From Nanobdellota archaeon (GTDB lineage: Archaea; Nanobdellota; Nanobdellia; Parvarchaeales; Parvarchaeaceae), in NCBI GenBank assembly GCA_021807125.1, contig JAKAPK010000001.1, forward strand, positions 182,354-246,353: a stretch of 64,000 nt of DNA. Reading direction: 5' to 3'. Both the position numbers and the translations under genes were made by a program. Each line of letters opens with the position of its first letter. Positions within the stretch are counted from its first letter, which is position 1. Below, piece after piece: positions 30,341-39,007 of this stretch. The notes below the pieces were generated by a model that did not search any database, was not told where the DNA came from, and saw only the letters and a list, made by a program, of their open reading frames with translations.

Positions 30341-30790
30341 CTATAGCTTACGGTAACCTAAGTCGCTCAGCGTATTGAACGGCACCATATCGACCTTTGA
30401 AAGTTTAAGCTCATCATTATATTTATCGTAGTCTCCAATGTAAGCTATGGCAGAGTGTCCCTCGCAGTTTGGAAGTTTTCCTGCGATTATAAATCCATAC
30501 AGTGAATAACAACTTTCGGCAAGAGAATCTCCACTTGGGTCAAAACCGCTCCTTATAACCCACGTAGACTTGTTGTGTTGCACGAAATAAATGGTGTAAG
30601 CGAGACGTGGATCATTTAGCTTTCGATCAGTAACAAACTTGCTCCTTCTTATCCTTGAATGATCTATTTCACCAATAACAGATTCCAACCTTCTCTTCCA
30701 CTCTTTCTTAACGGCAGCAGTTCTTTTCGTTTCAAGCCCTAGCTTCTCTTTTAGGCCGGCTATGAATGAGTTCTCTAATTGCATTGCCAT
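30341..30790 (-). CDS. hypothetical protein
   Basis: 149-aa ORF; no recognisable motif. Confidence 0.45.
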   Translation of the reverse strand: MAMQLENSFIAGLKEKLGLETKRTAAVKKEWKRRLESVIGEIDHSRIRRSKFVTDRKLNDPRLAYTIYFVQHNKSTWVIRSGFDPSGDSLAESCYSLYGFIIAGKLPNCEGHSAIAYIGDYDKYNDELKLSKVDMVPFNTLSDLGYRKL

Positions 30791-30991
30791 ACTAAGCTTA
30801 GCTGCTATTTAAATCTTAAACTAAATAAACTGCCGTGCAGTCTATAGTGAAAGATAAGCCTGCTGTAAAATGAAAAACCACTATAGTGCCTTTAAGTAAG
30901 ATTTATGTTGAAAGGATAGAAAAAACTATGATACGAGTTCGAGTATGCTGCAAAATAAACTTCTAATGTGATCCTTCATCATTTTTCTGTT

Positions 30992-31492
30992 TTAATAAAG
31001 AATATCCCACTCTCTATAAAGGTGAATAGCTATTATAGCATTCAAGCCGATGCTAAAAATCCCAATAAGCATAAGCGCAAGAGATAGTTCTGGAGGAGCA
31101 AGAGAAACAAAAGTAAAAGCAAGAATACCAAGGCCGAATATTATCAAGATAGCACTAAAAGGCACTGTTATGGTCAATAATCCTAATGTTAATATGCTGG
31201 AGATATCGTTTTTTTTCCACACTAAAATCGCGTCTAATATATAAAAACAGGCAACAACTATCGCCATATACGATAATGCCCTGCTAATAAGTAAGAACCC
31301 GATTTTTTGGAACAGGCTTCCCTGAAAAAGCAGCACGTCTAAAGCAAGGAAGACCCAAAATACACCCAAGAAAATCAAAGACGCTGAAAAGAGCAGGGAG
31401 CCTTTTCTTATAGTAGGTCTGTGTACTAACAGCTTAGCTTTGTTTTTTACAACAAGTGTTTTTTCTATAGTAATATAATGCGTATTGTTCAT
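30992..31492 (-). CDS. hypothetical membrane protein
   Basis: 166 aa with ~4 TM segments. Confidence 0.45.
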   Translation of the reverse strand: MNNTHYITIEKTLVVKNKAKLLVHRPTIRKGSLLFSASLIFLGVFWVFLALDVLLFQGSLFQKIGFLLISRALSYMAIVVACFYILDAILVWKKNDISSILTLGLLTITVPFSAILIIFGLGILAFTFVSLAPPELSLALMLIGIFSIGLNAIIAIHLYREWDILY

Positions 31493-31662
31493 AAAACAGT
31501 TTATTTTTAGGGAAGTCGCCTACAGAGAGATTATGCGACAGCACTCGAACCAGTTACAAGAGTAACTTACTGACGCTTTTTGGTAGATGCGACTAGTTGC
31601 TACTTTATTCAAGGATATGCTATACCACGGAATGACATAACTTGATACACTAAAATAGAAAG

Positions 31663-32304
31663 TCATCTTATCATGCTGTTTAGTTTTTTGTACAAAACAT
31701 CGTAGGTCTTTTTAGTCCTGTGTTTTCTATAGTTCTTGAGAAAGCCCATGATTGCTCGTATTCCTCTTTTCTTTATTAGAAGGCGTGTAGCTAAGTAGCT
31801 GTTTCTATAGAATTCCTTTGCATCTCCATCGCTTTCTTTTAAATCTTCTTTGGAAAAGGAGTATCTCAGATACGCGGCATTAATCTGTCCACTACATTTT
31901 TTATCTTCCAGTTCATCCATGTTCATGGCTAATCCCTCAAAAAGCCATATCGGTGTGCATGTACCCACAAAGTTCATGTAAAAGATATGATTCATCTCGT
32001 GAATCAATGTCTGTAGATAGCCAGATAGTTTGTGTGAAGTCAGTCGTTCGAATACCGAAGGTGCAAATATTACTATTATTTTTTGGTCGCTAGTGAACGC
32101 GCAATTCCATGTCTTTGTTTTATACCCTGCCTGTTTATCGAAGTCCGCACGTGAATAGACGGGCTTGATTTTAATTGCTACGTCAATCTTCCAGAATTTC
32201 TTATTTACGCCGTATGCTTTCTTGACGTACTTCTCAAATTTTTCTTTATCTCCAGCAGGAACATTCTTTGGGATATTTAGTTTGTCTTTATAACGCGTAA
32301 TCAT
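31663..32304 (-). CDS. hypothetical protein with HExxH zinc-metallopeptidase motif
   Basis: 'LIHEMNHIFY' followed by 'FEGLA' (possible third ligand Glu). It is the last gene before TIR-like copy C. Confidence 0.5.
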   Translation of the reverse strand: MITRYKDKLNIPKNVPAGDKEKFEKYVKKAYGVNKKFWKIDVAIKIKPVYSRADFDKQAGYKTKTWNCAFTSDQKIIVIFAPSVFERLTSHKLSGYLQTLIHEMNHIFYMNFVGTCTPIWLFEGLAMNMDELEDKKCSGQINAAYLRYSFSKEDLKESDGDAKEFYRNSYLATRLLIKKRGIRAIMGFLKNYRKHRTKKTYDVLYKKLNSMIR

Positions 32305-32360
32305 GTTTCGTATAGTAAATTTATAATTATATAATCTAAATTTTAGTTCTTAATCCTAAA

Positions 32361-32391
32361 GTGTACACTTTTCGGTAGATAGCACTATCCC
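32361..32391. repeat. casposon right-TIR-like motif, copy C (solo, adjacent to tRNA-Arg(UCU))
   Basis: 'gtgtacacttttcggtagatagcactatccc'. By hand alignment 21/30 identical to the intact right TIR at 60841-60870. Spacing to the tRNA is the same (10 nt). Confidence 0.7.
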
Positions 32392-32401
32392 AAAAGATTA
32401 C

Positions 32402-32476
32402 TGCCCTCGACAGGATTTGAACCTGTGACACGCAGATTAGAAGTCTGCCGTTCTGTCCAAGCTGAACTACGAGGGC
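32402..32476 (-). tRNA. tRNA-Arg(UCU)
   Basis: Reverse complement has acceptor gccctcg/cgagggc plus a, anticodon arm gcaga-ctTCTaa-tctgc, and T arm cacag-gttcaaatc-ctgtc region. Confidence 0.9.
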
Positions 32477-32499
32477 TTATACATAGATTTTTGATACGC

Positions 32500-32652
32500 T
32501 TACTTATTAACCTTCTTCTTTATATCGTTTTTATTATTTTTGAAGCAGATGTTGCAAACAACCTTCGATTTTCCGTCTATCTTTAGTACATTGCCTTTTA
32601 TCTTATTAAGAAATGTAGTTTCTATCTCTTTTCCGCAAATCGCGCATTTCAT
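32500..32652 (-). CDS. small zinc-ribbon protein (50 aa)
   Basis: Not in the ORF track: MKCAICGKEIETTFLNKIKGNVLKIDGKSKVVCNICFKNNKNDIKKKVNK. It has two CxxC pairs, and its ATG overlaps the srp54 stop (ATGA). Confidence 0.45.
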   Translation of the reverse strand: MKCAICGKEIETTFLNKIKGNVLKIDGKSKVVCNICFKNNKNDIKKKVNK

Positions 32653-33962
32653 AGGTTAAGACCGAATCTTTTCATTAATCCAGCTACTTGTCTATTACCA
32701 GCCATTTTCATTACTTGCTTAGTTTTCCTGTACTGGTCCAATAGTTCCCTGACGATTTCTTCCGGCTGCCCGCTTCCGTGAGATATCCTGCTTATCCTTT
32801 TAGAGTCTATCATCTTGGGATCTTCAAGCTCCTTTTTTGTCATTGAATCCATCACTGTTGTGAACTTACCTATATTCATCCCTTGTTTTTCTATGAGCTC
32901 CTTGGTTTTGCCGGATGCAGGCATTCCAGGGATCATGCTCGCTATTTTGTCAAGAGGCCCCATCTTCTTAGTGTTGGCGTACTGCTCATACATGTCAATT
33001 AAGTTAAAGTCCCCCTTGACTATCTTTTTTGCGCTTTCTTCGCTTATTTTCACGTTTTCTTCCTCTGCTTTCTTGAGGATGCTCTCGAGCCCGTCAAGGC
33101 CCAATAAGCGTGAAGAAAACTTCTTCGGATCAAATTCTTCTATGTCATTTATCTTTTCTCCAGCACCTATAAAAGTGACCTTTGCGCCGCTTATGTACGC
33201 TGCAGTAAGCGCACCACCGCCGTTTGCGGTTCCGTCCGTCTTGGTAAGAATTATGTTGTTTAGCCCCAAGAGATCATGAAATGCCCTTACCTGTATTCCC
33301 GCATTCTGACCGAGATCGGCGGGTATAACTAGCGTGATATTGTTCGGTTTAAGGGTGTTTTGAATGCCTTTTATTTCCTTTACAAGTTGTTCGTCAAGCG
33401 CGTCTCTTCCAGCGCTGTCCACTATTATTATGTCGTGGTTTTTGAATGTGGCTTCCGCGCCTTTTATTATATTTATAGGATCCTTTCCACCCCCGACGAC
33501 CTTTACGTTTATTTGTTTTCCCAATTGAGTAAGTTGTTCAAAAGCGGCCGGCCTAAAGGTGTCTAGAGCAAGCAGAAGTACGCGGTAGCCTCGCTTTTTG
33601 TAGTAATTCGCGAGCTTCGCGGCTGTAGTAGTTTTTCCGGAACCGAAAAGACCTACCAGTAGTATCTTGTAGGGAATGGTGTTTATTTCAAGCTTTGTTT
33701 CGCCGCTTCCGAGTATGACAACAAGGTTTTCGTATATCACGTCTATGACGCGTTCTTTTGTGAAAAGGCCTTTGCCTTTGTTGGATTTTATGTCCGCTCT
33801 GACCTTTTCTATGAATTTATCGACTACGCCGGGTTCTACGTCGCCTTCTAATAGTGCGCGTTTTATGTCCTCAAGAACTTCCTCTACTTTCTCGTTACCG
33901 GTGGAGTTGAGAAGCTTTTTTATCCCTTCCTTAAGTTTATCGGCTAATGAATCGAACACCAT
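32649..33962 (-). CDS. srp54: signal recognition particle protein SRP54
   Basis: 'GLFGSGKTTTAAKLA', 'DTFRPAA', 'VDSAGR', 'TKTDGTANGGGALT' and a Met-rich C-terminal M domain. Confidence 0.95.
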   Translation of the reverse strand: MVFDSLADKLKEGIKKLLNSTGNEKVEEVLEDIKRALLEGDVEPGVVDKFIEKVRADIKSNKGKGLFTKERVIDVIYENLVVILGSGETKLEINTIPYKILLVGLFGSGKTTTAAKLANYYKKRGYRVLLLALDTFRPAAFEQLTQLGKQINVKVVGGGKDPINIIKGAEATFKNHDIIIVDSAGRDALDEQLVKEIKGIQNTLKPNNITLVIPADLGQNAGIQVRAFHDLLGLNNIILTKTDGTANGGGALTAAYISGAKVTFIGAGEKINDIEEFDPKKFSSRLLGLDGLESILKKAEEENVKISEESAKKIVKGDFNLIDMYEQYANTKKMGPLDKIASMIPGMPASGKTKELIEKQGMNIGKFTTVMDSMTKKELEDPKMIDSKRISRISHGSGQPEEIVRELLDQYRKTKQVMKMAGNRQVAGLMKRFGLNL

Positions 33963-33995
33963 ATGGATTATACGAGAAACTACCTATTAATTGAT

Positions 33996-34172
33996 TTATT
34001 CTTCTCTTTTTACGGTGAGAGGCAGGATCCCTTTTTCAAGTTCTTTCTTTGCTATGTCTATAAAATTATCCCTGTTCTTGTCAGCTTTAACGAGTATTGG
34101 TGCGCCAAGAGCTATCTGCAGCGCCCTGGCCCCTATCAATCTTGCCTTTTCGAACTTGTTATACTCTTCCAT
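33996..34172 (-). CDS. rpoK: DNA-directed RNA polymerase subunit K (Rpo6/Rpb6 homolog)
   Basis: 58-aa ORF missing from the track: MEEYNKFEKARLIGARALQIALGAPILVKADKNRDNFIDIAKKELEKGILPLTVKREE. It matches the 'ryEkArliGaRAlQlamGAp' RpoK signature. Confidence 0.8.
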   Translation of the reverse strand: MEEYNKFEKARLIGARALQIALGAPILVKADKNRDNFIDIAKKELEKGILPLTVKREE

Positions 34173-34179
34173 ATAATCC

Positions 34180-34938
34180 TTATTTAGGCGAACTAGTTAA
34201 TAAATCTTTTAATTCGCCGCCCAGATCGAACGCTTTACCGATGCAGAAATCTACTTCTTCCGGTGTAAAAAACCCTACGCCGCCTTTCTGCATGGAATTT
34301 ACCGCTGTGCTCACGGCTATGCTGATTTTCGCATCCGAGGCGTTTTCCTCGAGTCTCATAGGATCCAGGAAAACGTTTTTACCTATTTTTACAAACGTGC
34401 TGCTGAACGACATTTTCTGCAGATCGAGAGGTAAACTTTCAGGTTCGCTTTCTGGCGTTCTCTTGAATTTCGCGTCAAGAAGAGCAGCTAAGGCCGCTAT
34501 ATTGGACGCATCCAGTAGATTTCCATCGTTGTTTAGCGCGTATATGTCTATGTACACAAAGAAAGACTTCTTTCCGGCTTCTATAACCATCTTCTTCATG
34601 TCTATCACTCTAGACTCACGTATTCCTCTGTCTGTAACACGGCCCACTTCTACTCCGTATATCAATCTGTCTTTAGGGTAGTCATCGGCCAATTCCGTAG
34701 GTTCAAAACTGACTATCAGTGATCCTTCGTCGGGCTTGTCAGGATAAGGTACGCCTTCGAGCACTTTTACGCCGGCCATAACCTTCGTCTGCCCCAATTC
34801 AACGTACGCAGAACCGTCCGCGTGGTTTATAACTTTTCTTTTTATGTTTATTGCGCGTCTTTGTACCGGTTTGCGCTGGTCAAGTCGCTCCCCTTTGTCA
34901 GCAATCTCCCTTAGGTATTCATTATTCTCTAAATTCAT
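34180..34938 (-). CDS. rrp42: exosome complex component Rrp42 (RNase PH-like, non-catalytic)
   Basis: RNase PH fold pattern 'RLDQRKP...R...I.....ADGSAYVELGQTKV'. Sits in the exosome operon. Confidence 0.85.
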   Translation of the reverse strand: MNLENNEYLREIADKGERLDQRKPVQRRAINIKRKVINHADGSAYVELGQTKVMAGVKVLEGVPYPDKPDEGSLIVSFEPTELADDYPKDRLIYGVEVGRVTDRGIRESRVIDMKKMVIEAGKKSFFVYIDIYALNNDGNLLDASNIAALAALLDAKFKRTPESEPESLPLDLQKMSFSSTFVKIGKNVFLDPMRLEENASDAKISIAVSTAVNSMQKGGVGFFTPEEVDFCIGKAFDLGGELKDLLTSSPK

Positions 34939-36248
34939 ACTTTTTTCATCTCCGTTAAAGCTTCGCCAAGATTCTTCACCATGGCATCTGTTATCTCGCC
35001 TTTCTTTGCCATTCTTTCGACTCTATCCTCGTTTGCAGTGGTAACAGAATCGCCTTCCTTCTTGACAGCGATATCAAAAGTTACTATCTTCGAGAACTTA
35101 GGGAATATTTCCGGTTTGAATGTCAGCATACTTTCACTGCCGTTTTCCTTCTTTATGCTTATGAAGTTCTTCTCACAGTCTATGACGTACGTTTTACCCC
35201 AGTCGCCTCGTGTAGTTACCGTTATTCCTTTTACCTTGCTGCCTTCCAGTATCACTTCTTCCACGCTTCCATCGACTCTGTAAGAAGTACCGTTTAGCCT
35301 GGAAAATATCAGTCTATAAGGTTTATTCTTTATCGGACCATATCTTAGCAGCGTCTCGTTTATTTTTTGCAGCAGGTCTTTGTCCGAAACTTTGTCGAGA
35401 ATCGACTCTGACAAATCCGTCAATATGGTATAACCTGCGGACTTAAGACTGTGGTGTCCTTCTATTGTCGGCATAACGGCGTTTCTTATGTCGTCAAGTT
35501 TTGACTTGTCGTCCTTACTGAAGGTTATAAATATCTTATTAACTCCTTCATAAAGAACAGCTGAATCGTTAGCACTGTTGAACTTGTCGTTTATATCCTT
35601 TTCCTGTTCAATCAATTTTGCCAGTTCTTCTTTAAGTACGGCCTCGTCCTTATTTTCGGCGCCTTGTATCCACAGGATGCCCCAGTCCTTAAGATTAAGA
35701 CCCTTAGCTATCTCGTAAAGCTTGTCCCTGCCTTCATGGGATCGTATGCCTTTACTCATCTTCGTGAAACCATTCTTTATTATTATCAGGTTGTCACCGA
35801 ATATCCTTATCTGGGTGGAAAGCATCGTCTTGCCATCATAAGTCCCCTTTGACTGTACTAGTATCTTCGAACCGGGCTTAACATAACCCCAGAAATTCCT
35901 AAGATCGAGTACTCCTTCTTCTCCGTTTCCAAGAGATATAATTATCGATTTTGACTTTTGATCCGTGTTGTTTATTATTCCACAGTATATCTTGCCTATG
36001 TCTTCCCTGTAGAAGACGCTGTTTGGCAGTTTTTGTTTTAAGTATTCAACGAGTTTCAGAACGTCGTTACCGTACAGATACACACCTTCCTTTGATTCTA
36101 TATCTTCTACCGTGACGTCCGGCTCGGATTCCTCCGTTATTTTTAATGCGTTCTTTATAGCATCGGCAGCCTGTGTGACCTCAAAGCCACCATCAAGCAT
36201 TAATTTTATAAGAGCTGTCGAATATATTCCCCTAACTTTTACTTTCAT
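34935..36248 (-). CDS. fau-1: FAU-1-like RNase E/G-type RNA-binding ribonuclease
   Basis: N-terminus 'MKVKVRGIYSTALIKLMLDGGFEV' matches the characteristic start of archaeal FAU-1 (..VR.RGIYATALTKLL.D.GF.I). The ~440-aa length also fits. Confidence 0.65.
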   Translation of the reverse strand: MKVKVRGIYSTALIKLMLDGGFEVTQAADAIKNALKITEESEPDVTVEDIESKEGVYLYGNDVLKLVEYLKQKLPNSVFYREDIGKIYCGIINNTDQKSKSIIISLGNGEEGVLDLRNFWGYVKPGSKILVQSKGTYDGKTMLSTQIRIFGDNLIIIKNGFTKMSKGIRSHEGRDKLYEIAKGLNLKDWGILWIQGAENKDEAVLKEELAKLIEQEKDINDKFNSANDSAVLYEGVNKIFITFSKDDKSKLDDIRNAVMPTIEGHHSLKSAGYTILTDLSESILDKVSDKDLLQKINETLLRYGPIKNKPYRLIFSRLNGTSYRVDGSVEEVILEGSKVKGITVTTRGDWGKTYVIDCEKNFISIKKENGSESMLTFKPEIFPKFSKIVTFDIAVKKEGDSVTTANEDRVERMAKKGEITDAMVKNLGEALTEMKKV

Positions 36249-36936
36249 TTGAAAACCTCCGTTTAAGAGCTTCTTTCTCTATTTCGTATATTTTTAAGGC
36301 ACCGACTTTGCCTACTTCTATTACTTTTTTCATGTCCTCTCTACTTACTGCACCATCAAGTTGCAGCAGCACTATCTCGTTTTTAGAGGGCAGAAAAGCT
36401 ATTGGTACGTCAGTAGTGCCTCCTTCATAGTCCTCTTCTTCCTTCGTAAGGTCAAGAACTACGGAATCGCCAACAGTACCTGCAGCAACGGCTGCAATCA
36501 AGTCCCTCATTGGCAAACCTGCATCTGCACATGCCATAGAAGCCGCAGTCAGACTAGCACATCTTGTGCCTGCGTCTGCCTGAGTCACGTAAACGTAAAC
36601 GCCTATCATGGACTTAGGGAATTCCTCGACCATTACCGCTCTGTTAAGTGCATTTGTTATTACCTCGCCTATCTCCATATCACGGCGATCCACGCCAGGT
36701 TTAGCACGATCCGGTACGGAGAAGGACATCATGTCATATTTGCACATTATTACTGCTCTGTCCAGCTTCTCAAGATGTTTTGGCTTAACTTCCGTCGGGC
36801 CGTAAACCGCAGCTATCGCTTCGGTATTTCCTATGCGAAATCTTGCGCTGCCGTCGGCATTCGGTATTATGCCAGTTTCAGCCTCAATAGGCCTTAATTC
36901 ATCGAATTTTCTTTTATCAAACCTTTCTTCATACAT
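36232..36936 (-). CDS. rrp41: exosome complex exonuclease Rrp41 (RNase PH)
   Basis: 'DELRPIEAETGIIPNADGSARFRIGNTEAIAAVYGP' and 'VTQADAGTRCASLTAASMACADAG'. Confidence 0.9.
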   Translation of the reverse strand: MYEERFDKRKFDELRPIEAETGIIPNADGSARFRIGNTEAIAAVYGPTEVKPKHLEKLDRAVIMCKYDMMSFSVPDRAKPGVDRRDMEIGEVITNALNRAVMVEEFPKSMIGVYVYVTQADAGTRCASLTAASMACADAGLPMRDLIAAVAAGTVGDSVVLDLTKEEEDYEGGTTDVPIAFLPSKNEIVLLQLDGAVSREDMKKVIEVGKVGALKIYEIEKEALKRRFSNESKS

Positions 36937-37591
36937 AATGCAACAACTCCTTTACCCTGTTTACAAGGTCTGGATCGTAATACTTGTCGTTGACCAGGTT
37001 TATAGCCATCAACGCAAGATCCACCTGTTCTTTCGGTCCATTAACCCATATTATACCATTTTGTCCGACTATTATGTCGCACTTCGTGGCATCTTTTATA
37101 GTGTTTATCATAGAACCCTCTTTTCCTATCAGTCTAGGTATCTTCGTAGGATCTATCTTTGCTATCATCTTACTTGGCAATTTTGTGTATCTTGGCGTTC
37201 TCATCCCAAGATCTACGGTTCTGTTCGTGGTTACGCGCTCTATCTTTGCATAAACCAGATCATCGACATCCATTATCGAAGCCAAATCCCCCGGTGCGAC
37301 TCTGAAGCCCACATCCCTTATGTCTATCCTTGTGGAATATGGCACGTCGATGTTAACAGTCCAGTATTTGTCGCTGACTTCGACTATCTTACCTATTATG
37401 TCGTCGCCTTCTTCAGGTACATATTTACCAGAAAGAGGTCTTATGTTTATTATATTCCCATTCATGGACACCATACCGAAGTATTTCGAGAAAACTTTCT
37501 CCTGTTCCATGTACGTTCCCTCACCGCCGATTCCGCCTTCAGCCAGAAGCTCTCCCGGCGTCACTATATCATAGTTCTTAAATTGCGTCAT
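36929..37591 (-). CDS. rrp4: exosome complex RNA-binding protein Rrp4 (S1 + KH)
   Basis: 'VTPGELLAEG...YVPEEGDDIIGKIVEVSDKYWTVNI' (S1) and 'IPRLIGKEGSMINTIKDATKCDIIVGQNGIIWV' (KH). Confidence 0.9.
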   Translation of the reverse strand: MTQFKNYDIVTPGELLAEGGIGGEGTYMEQEKVFSKYFGMVSMNGNIINIRPLSGKYVPEEGDDIIGKIVEVSDKYWTVNIDVPYSTRIDIRDVGFRVAPGDLASIMDVDDLVYAKIERVTTNRTVDLGMRTPRYTKLPSKMIAKIDPTKIPRLIGKEGSMINTIKDATKCDIIVGQNGIIWVNGPKEQVDLALMAINLVNDKYYDPDLVNRVKELLHYV

Positions 37592-37594
37592 ATT

Positions 37595-38272
37595 TCATTT
37601 CATCTCCTTTATGTTTACGTTACCATGCGTTATCCCTTTAAGTTTGCTAACGAGTTCGTCCTTGTTGCCTGCTTTTACGGAAAAATAAGCCGTAACGTTG
37701 CTGTCGTTTCTTTCGCTCGATTTGAGCGATCCGAGTCTTTTTATAACTGACAGAGCATCATTTGCGTACAATGCAGTGGTTTCCGCTACAAAACTAAGTT
37801 CACCTATTTTTAGCGGAAGCGTTTTCTTTAATTTTTCTACTATTTCGATTTCTTGCTCCTTTTCCGGCTTGTTCAAATCAAAATTATAATGTACGTTTTC
37901 CATTGCCAGTTCTATTCTTTTTCTGGGAATAGGAATATTGGTAGTGGAATCTATAGCCATAGAAGTTATCTCGTCTATTATCCTGTTTTTAAGCAAAGAT
38001 ACCTGTTTGTCGCGGTATGAGCTGCTCAGCTGTATTTCACCGCGCTTAACTATTTCTCCCGCTATTTTATATATGTCGTCGGTATCGAAGTACCTGTTCA
38101 AATCCCCAGCAACATCACCCTTTCTCGCGTCCCTAAAGACTTTTTCGACCAGGAGCGCAGAATTAACGTCATTGCTCTTACCGTTCTTTATGAGCATCGC
38201 TTTTTCGCAATCTACCCAAATTTCGAACTTTTTGTCCTTTATCTGCAGTTTCGCCAATACTCTATCTTCCAT
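37595..38272 (-). CDS. SBDS/Sdo1-family ribosome maturation protein
   Basis: 'VLAKLQIKDKKFEIWVDCEKA' N-terminal FYSH domain pattern. Conserved position in the superoperon. Confidence 0.85.
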   Translation of the reverse strand: MEDRVLAKLQIKDKKFEIWVDCEKAMLIKNGKSNDVNSALLVEKVFRDARKGDVAGDLNRYFDTDDIYKIAGEIVKRGEIQLSSSYRDKQVSLLKNRIIDEITSMAIDSTTNIPIPRKRIELAMENVHYNFDLNKPEKEQEIEIVEKLKKTLPLKIGELSFVAETTALYANDALSVIKRLGSLKSSERNDSNVTAYFSVKAGNKDELVSKLKGITHGNVNIKEMK

Positions 38273-38299
38273 TATTTAATTACAATTTTTTGGAGCTGA

Positions 38300-39007
38300 T
38301 TATAAGTACTTACCTACTTCTTCTTTACCGAGTTTTTTAAAGCCGCTTTTATCTACAACGGCTATTTCGAATCTATCGGCACTAAGTTTTATACTACCTG
38401 ATTTCAGTGCTTTTATGGCGAGAGCTATAAGCGAGTCACTGTCCATATTTTCCTTGAAACCAGCTTCAAGATGTTTGTTTATTTCAACTGAATTTTCACC
38501 TATCGCTATCGCCTTGTACTGGAAGAATATACCGCTAGGTTCAAGCATGAATAGCACGGGTTTTTCGCTCCTTAAACCTCCGAAGAGTATGCTTACTCCG
38601 AAAGGCCTTGCCCCGCCCCATTGGGTATAACTTTGCATTTCAGTACTTATGTCTTTTATGACCATCAATATATCCATCTCGTTGTATGTCATCCTATCCC
38701 GTTGCGCGCCTAACTGGGCCTTTTCTATCAGTACTCTACCATCAGCTATCATCCCTGAAATTGCGGCACCTATATTCTGGTCTATTTTAAATATTTTTTC
38801 TATACTTTCCGGCACTATTAGTTTTTCCACTTCCGGCAGCCTTTTGTCGGCTACAAAAACCACACTATCCTTGCCGACCAACCCTATGGTAGCAGAACCT
38901 TGTGAAACCGTCTTTCTTGCGTATTCTACTTGTAAAAGCCTTCCATCCGGGCTGAACAGTGTTATAGCCCTATCATAGCCCATTATGTCATTTTGCATCT
39001 GATCCAT
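38300..39007 (-). CDS. psmA: proteasome alpha subunit
   Basis: 'YDRAITLFSPDGRLLQVEYA' and 'GSATIGL...VVFVADKR'. Confidence 0.95.
   Translation of the reverse strand: MDQMQNDIMGYDRAITLFSPDGRLLQVEYARKTVSQGSATIGLVGKDSVVFVADKRLPEVEKLIVPESIEKIFKIDQNIGAAISGMIADGRVLIEKAQLGAQRDRMTYNEMDILMVIKDISTEMQSYTQWGGARPFGVSILFGGLRSEKPVLFMLEPSGIFFQYKAIAIGENSVEINKHLEAGFKENMDSDSLIALAIKALKSGSIKLSADRFEIAVVDKSGFKKLGKEEVGKYL

Noticed and set aside
31531-31575. tRNA-like fragment ('gcgacagcactcgaaccagttacaagagtaac')
   Set aside because: It contains a 'tcgaacc' word, but no T-arm, acceptor or anticodon arm can be folded consistently. It is probably chance.
36833-37750. 305-aa plus-strand ORF
   Set aside because: It is entirely antisense to the well-supported rrp4 and SBDS genes. 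The translation is low-complexity and Tyr/Arg/His-rich, with no motifs, so it is a shadow ORF.
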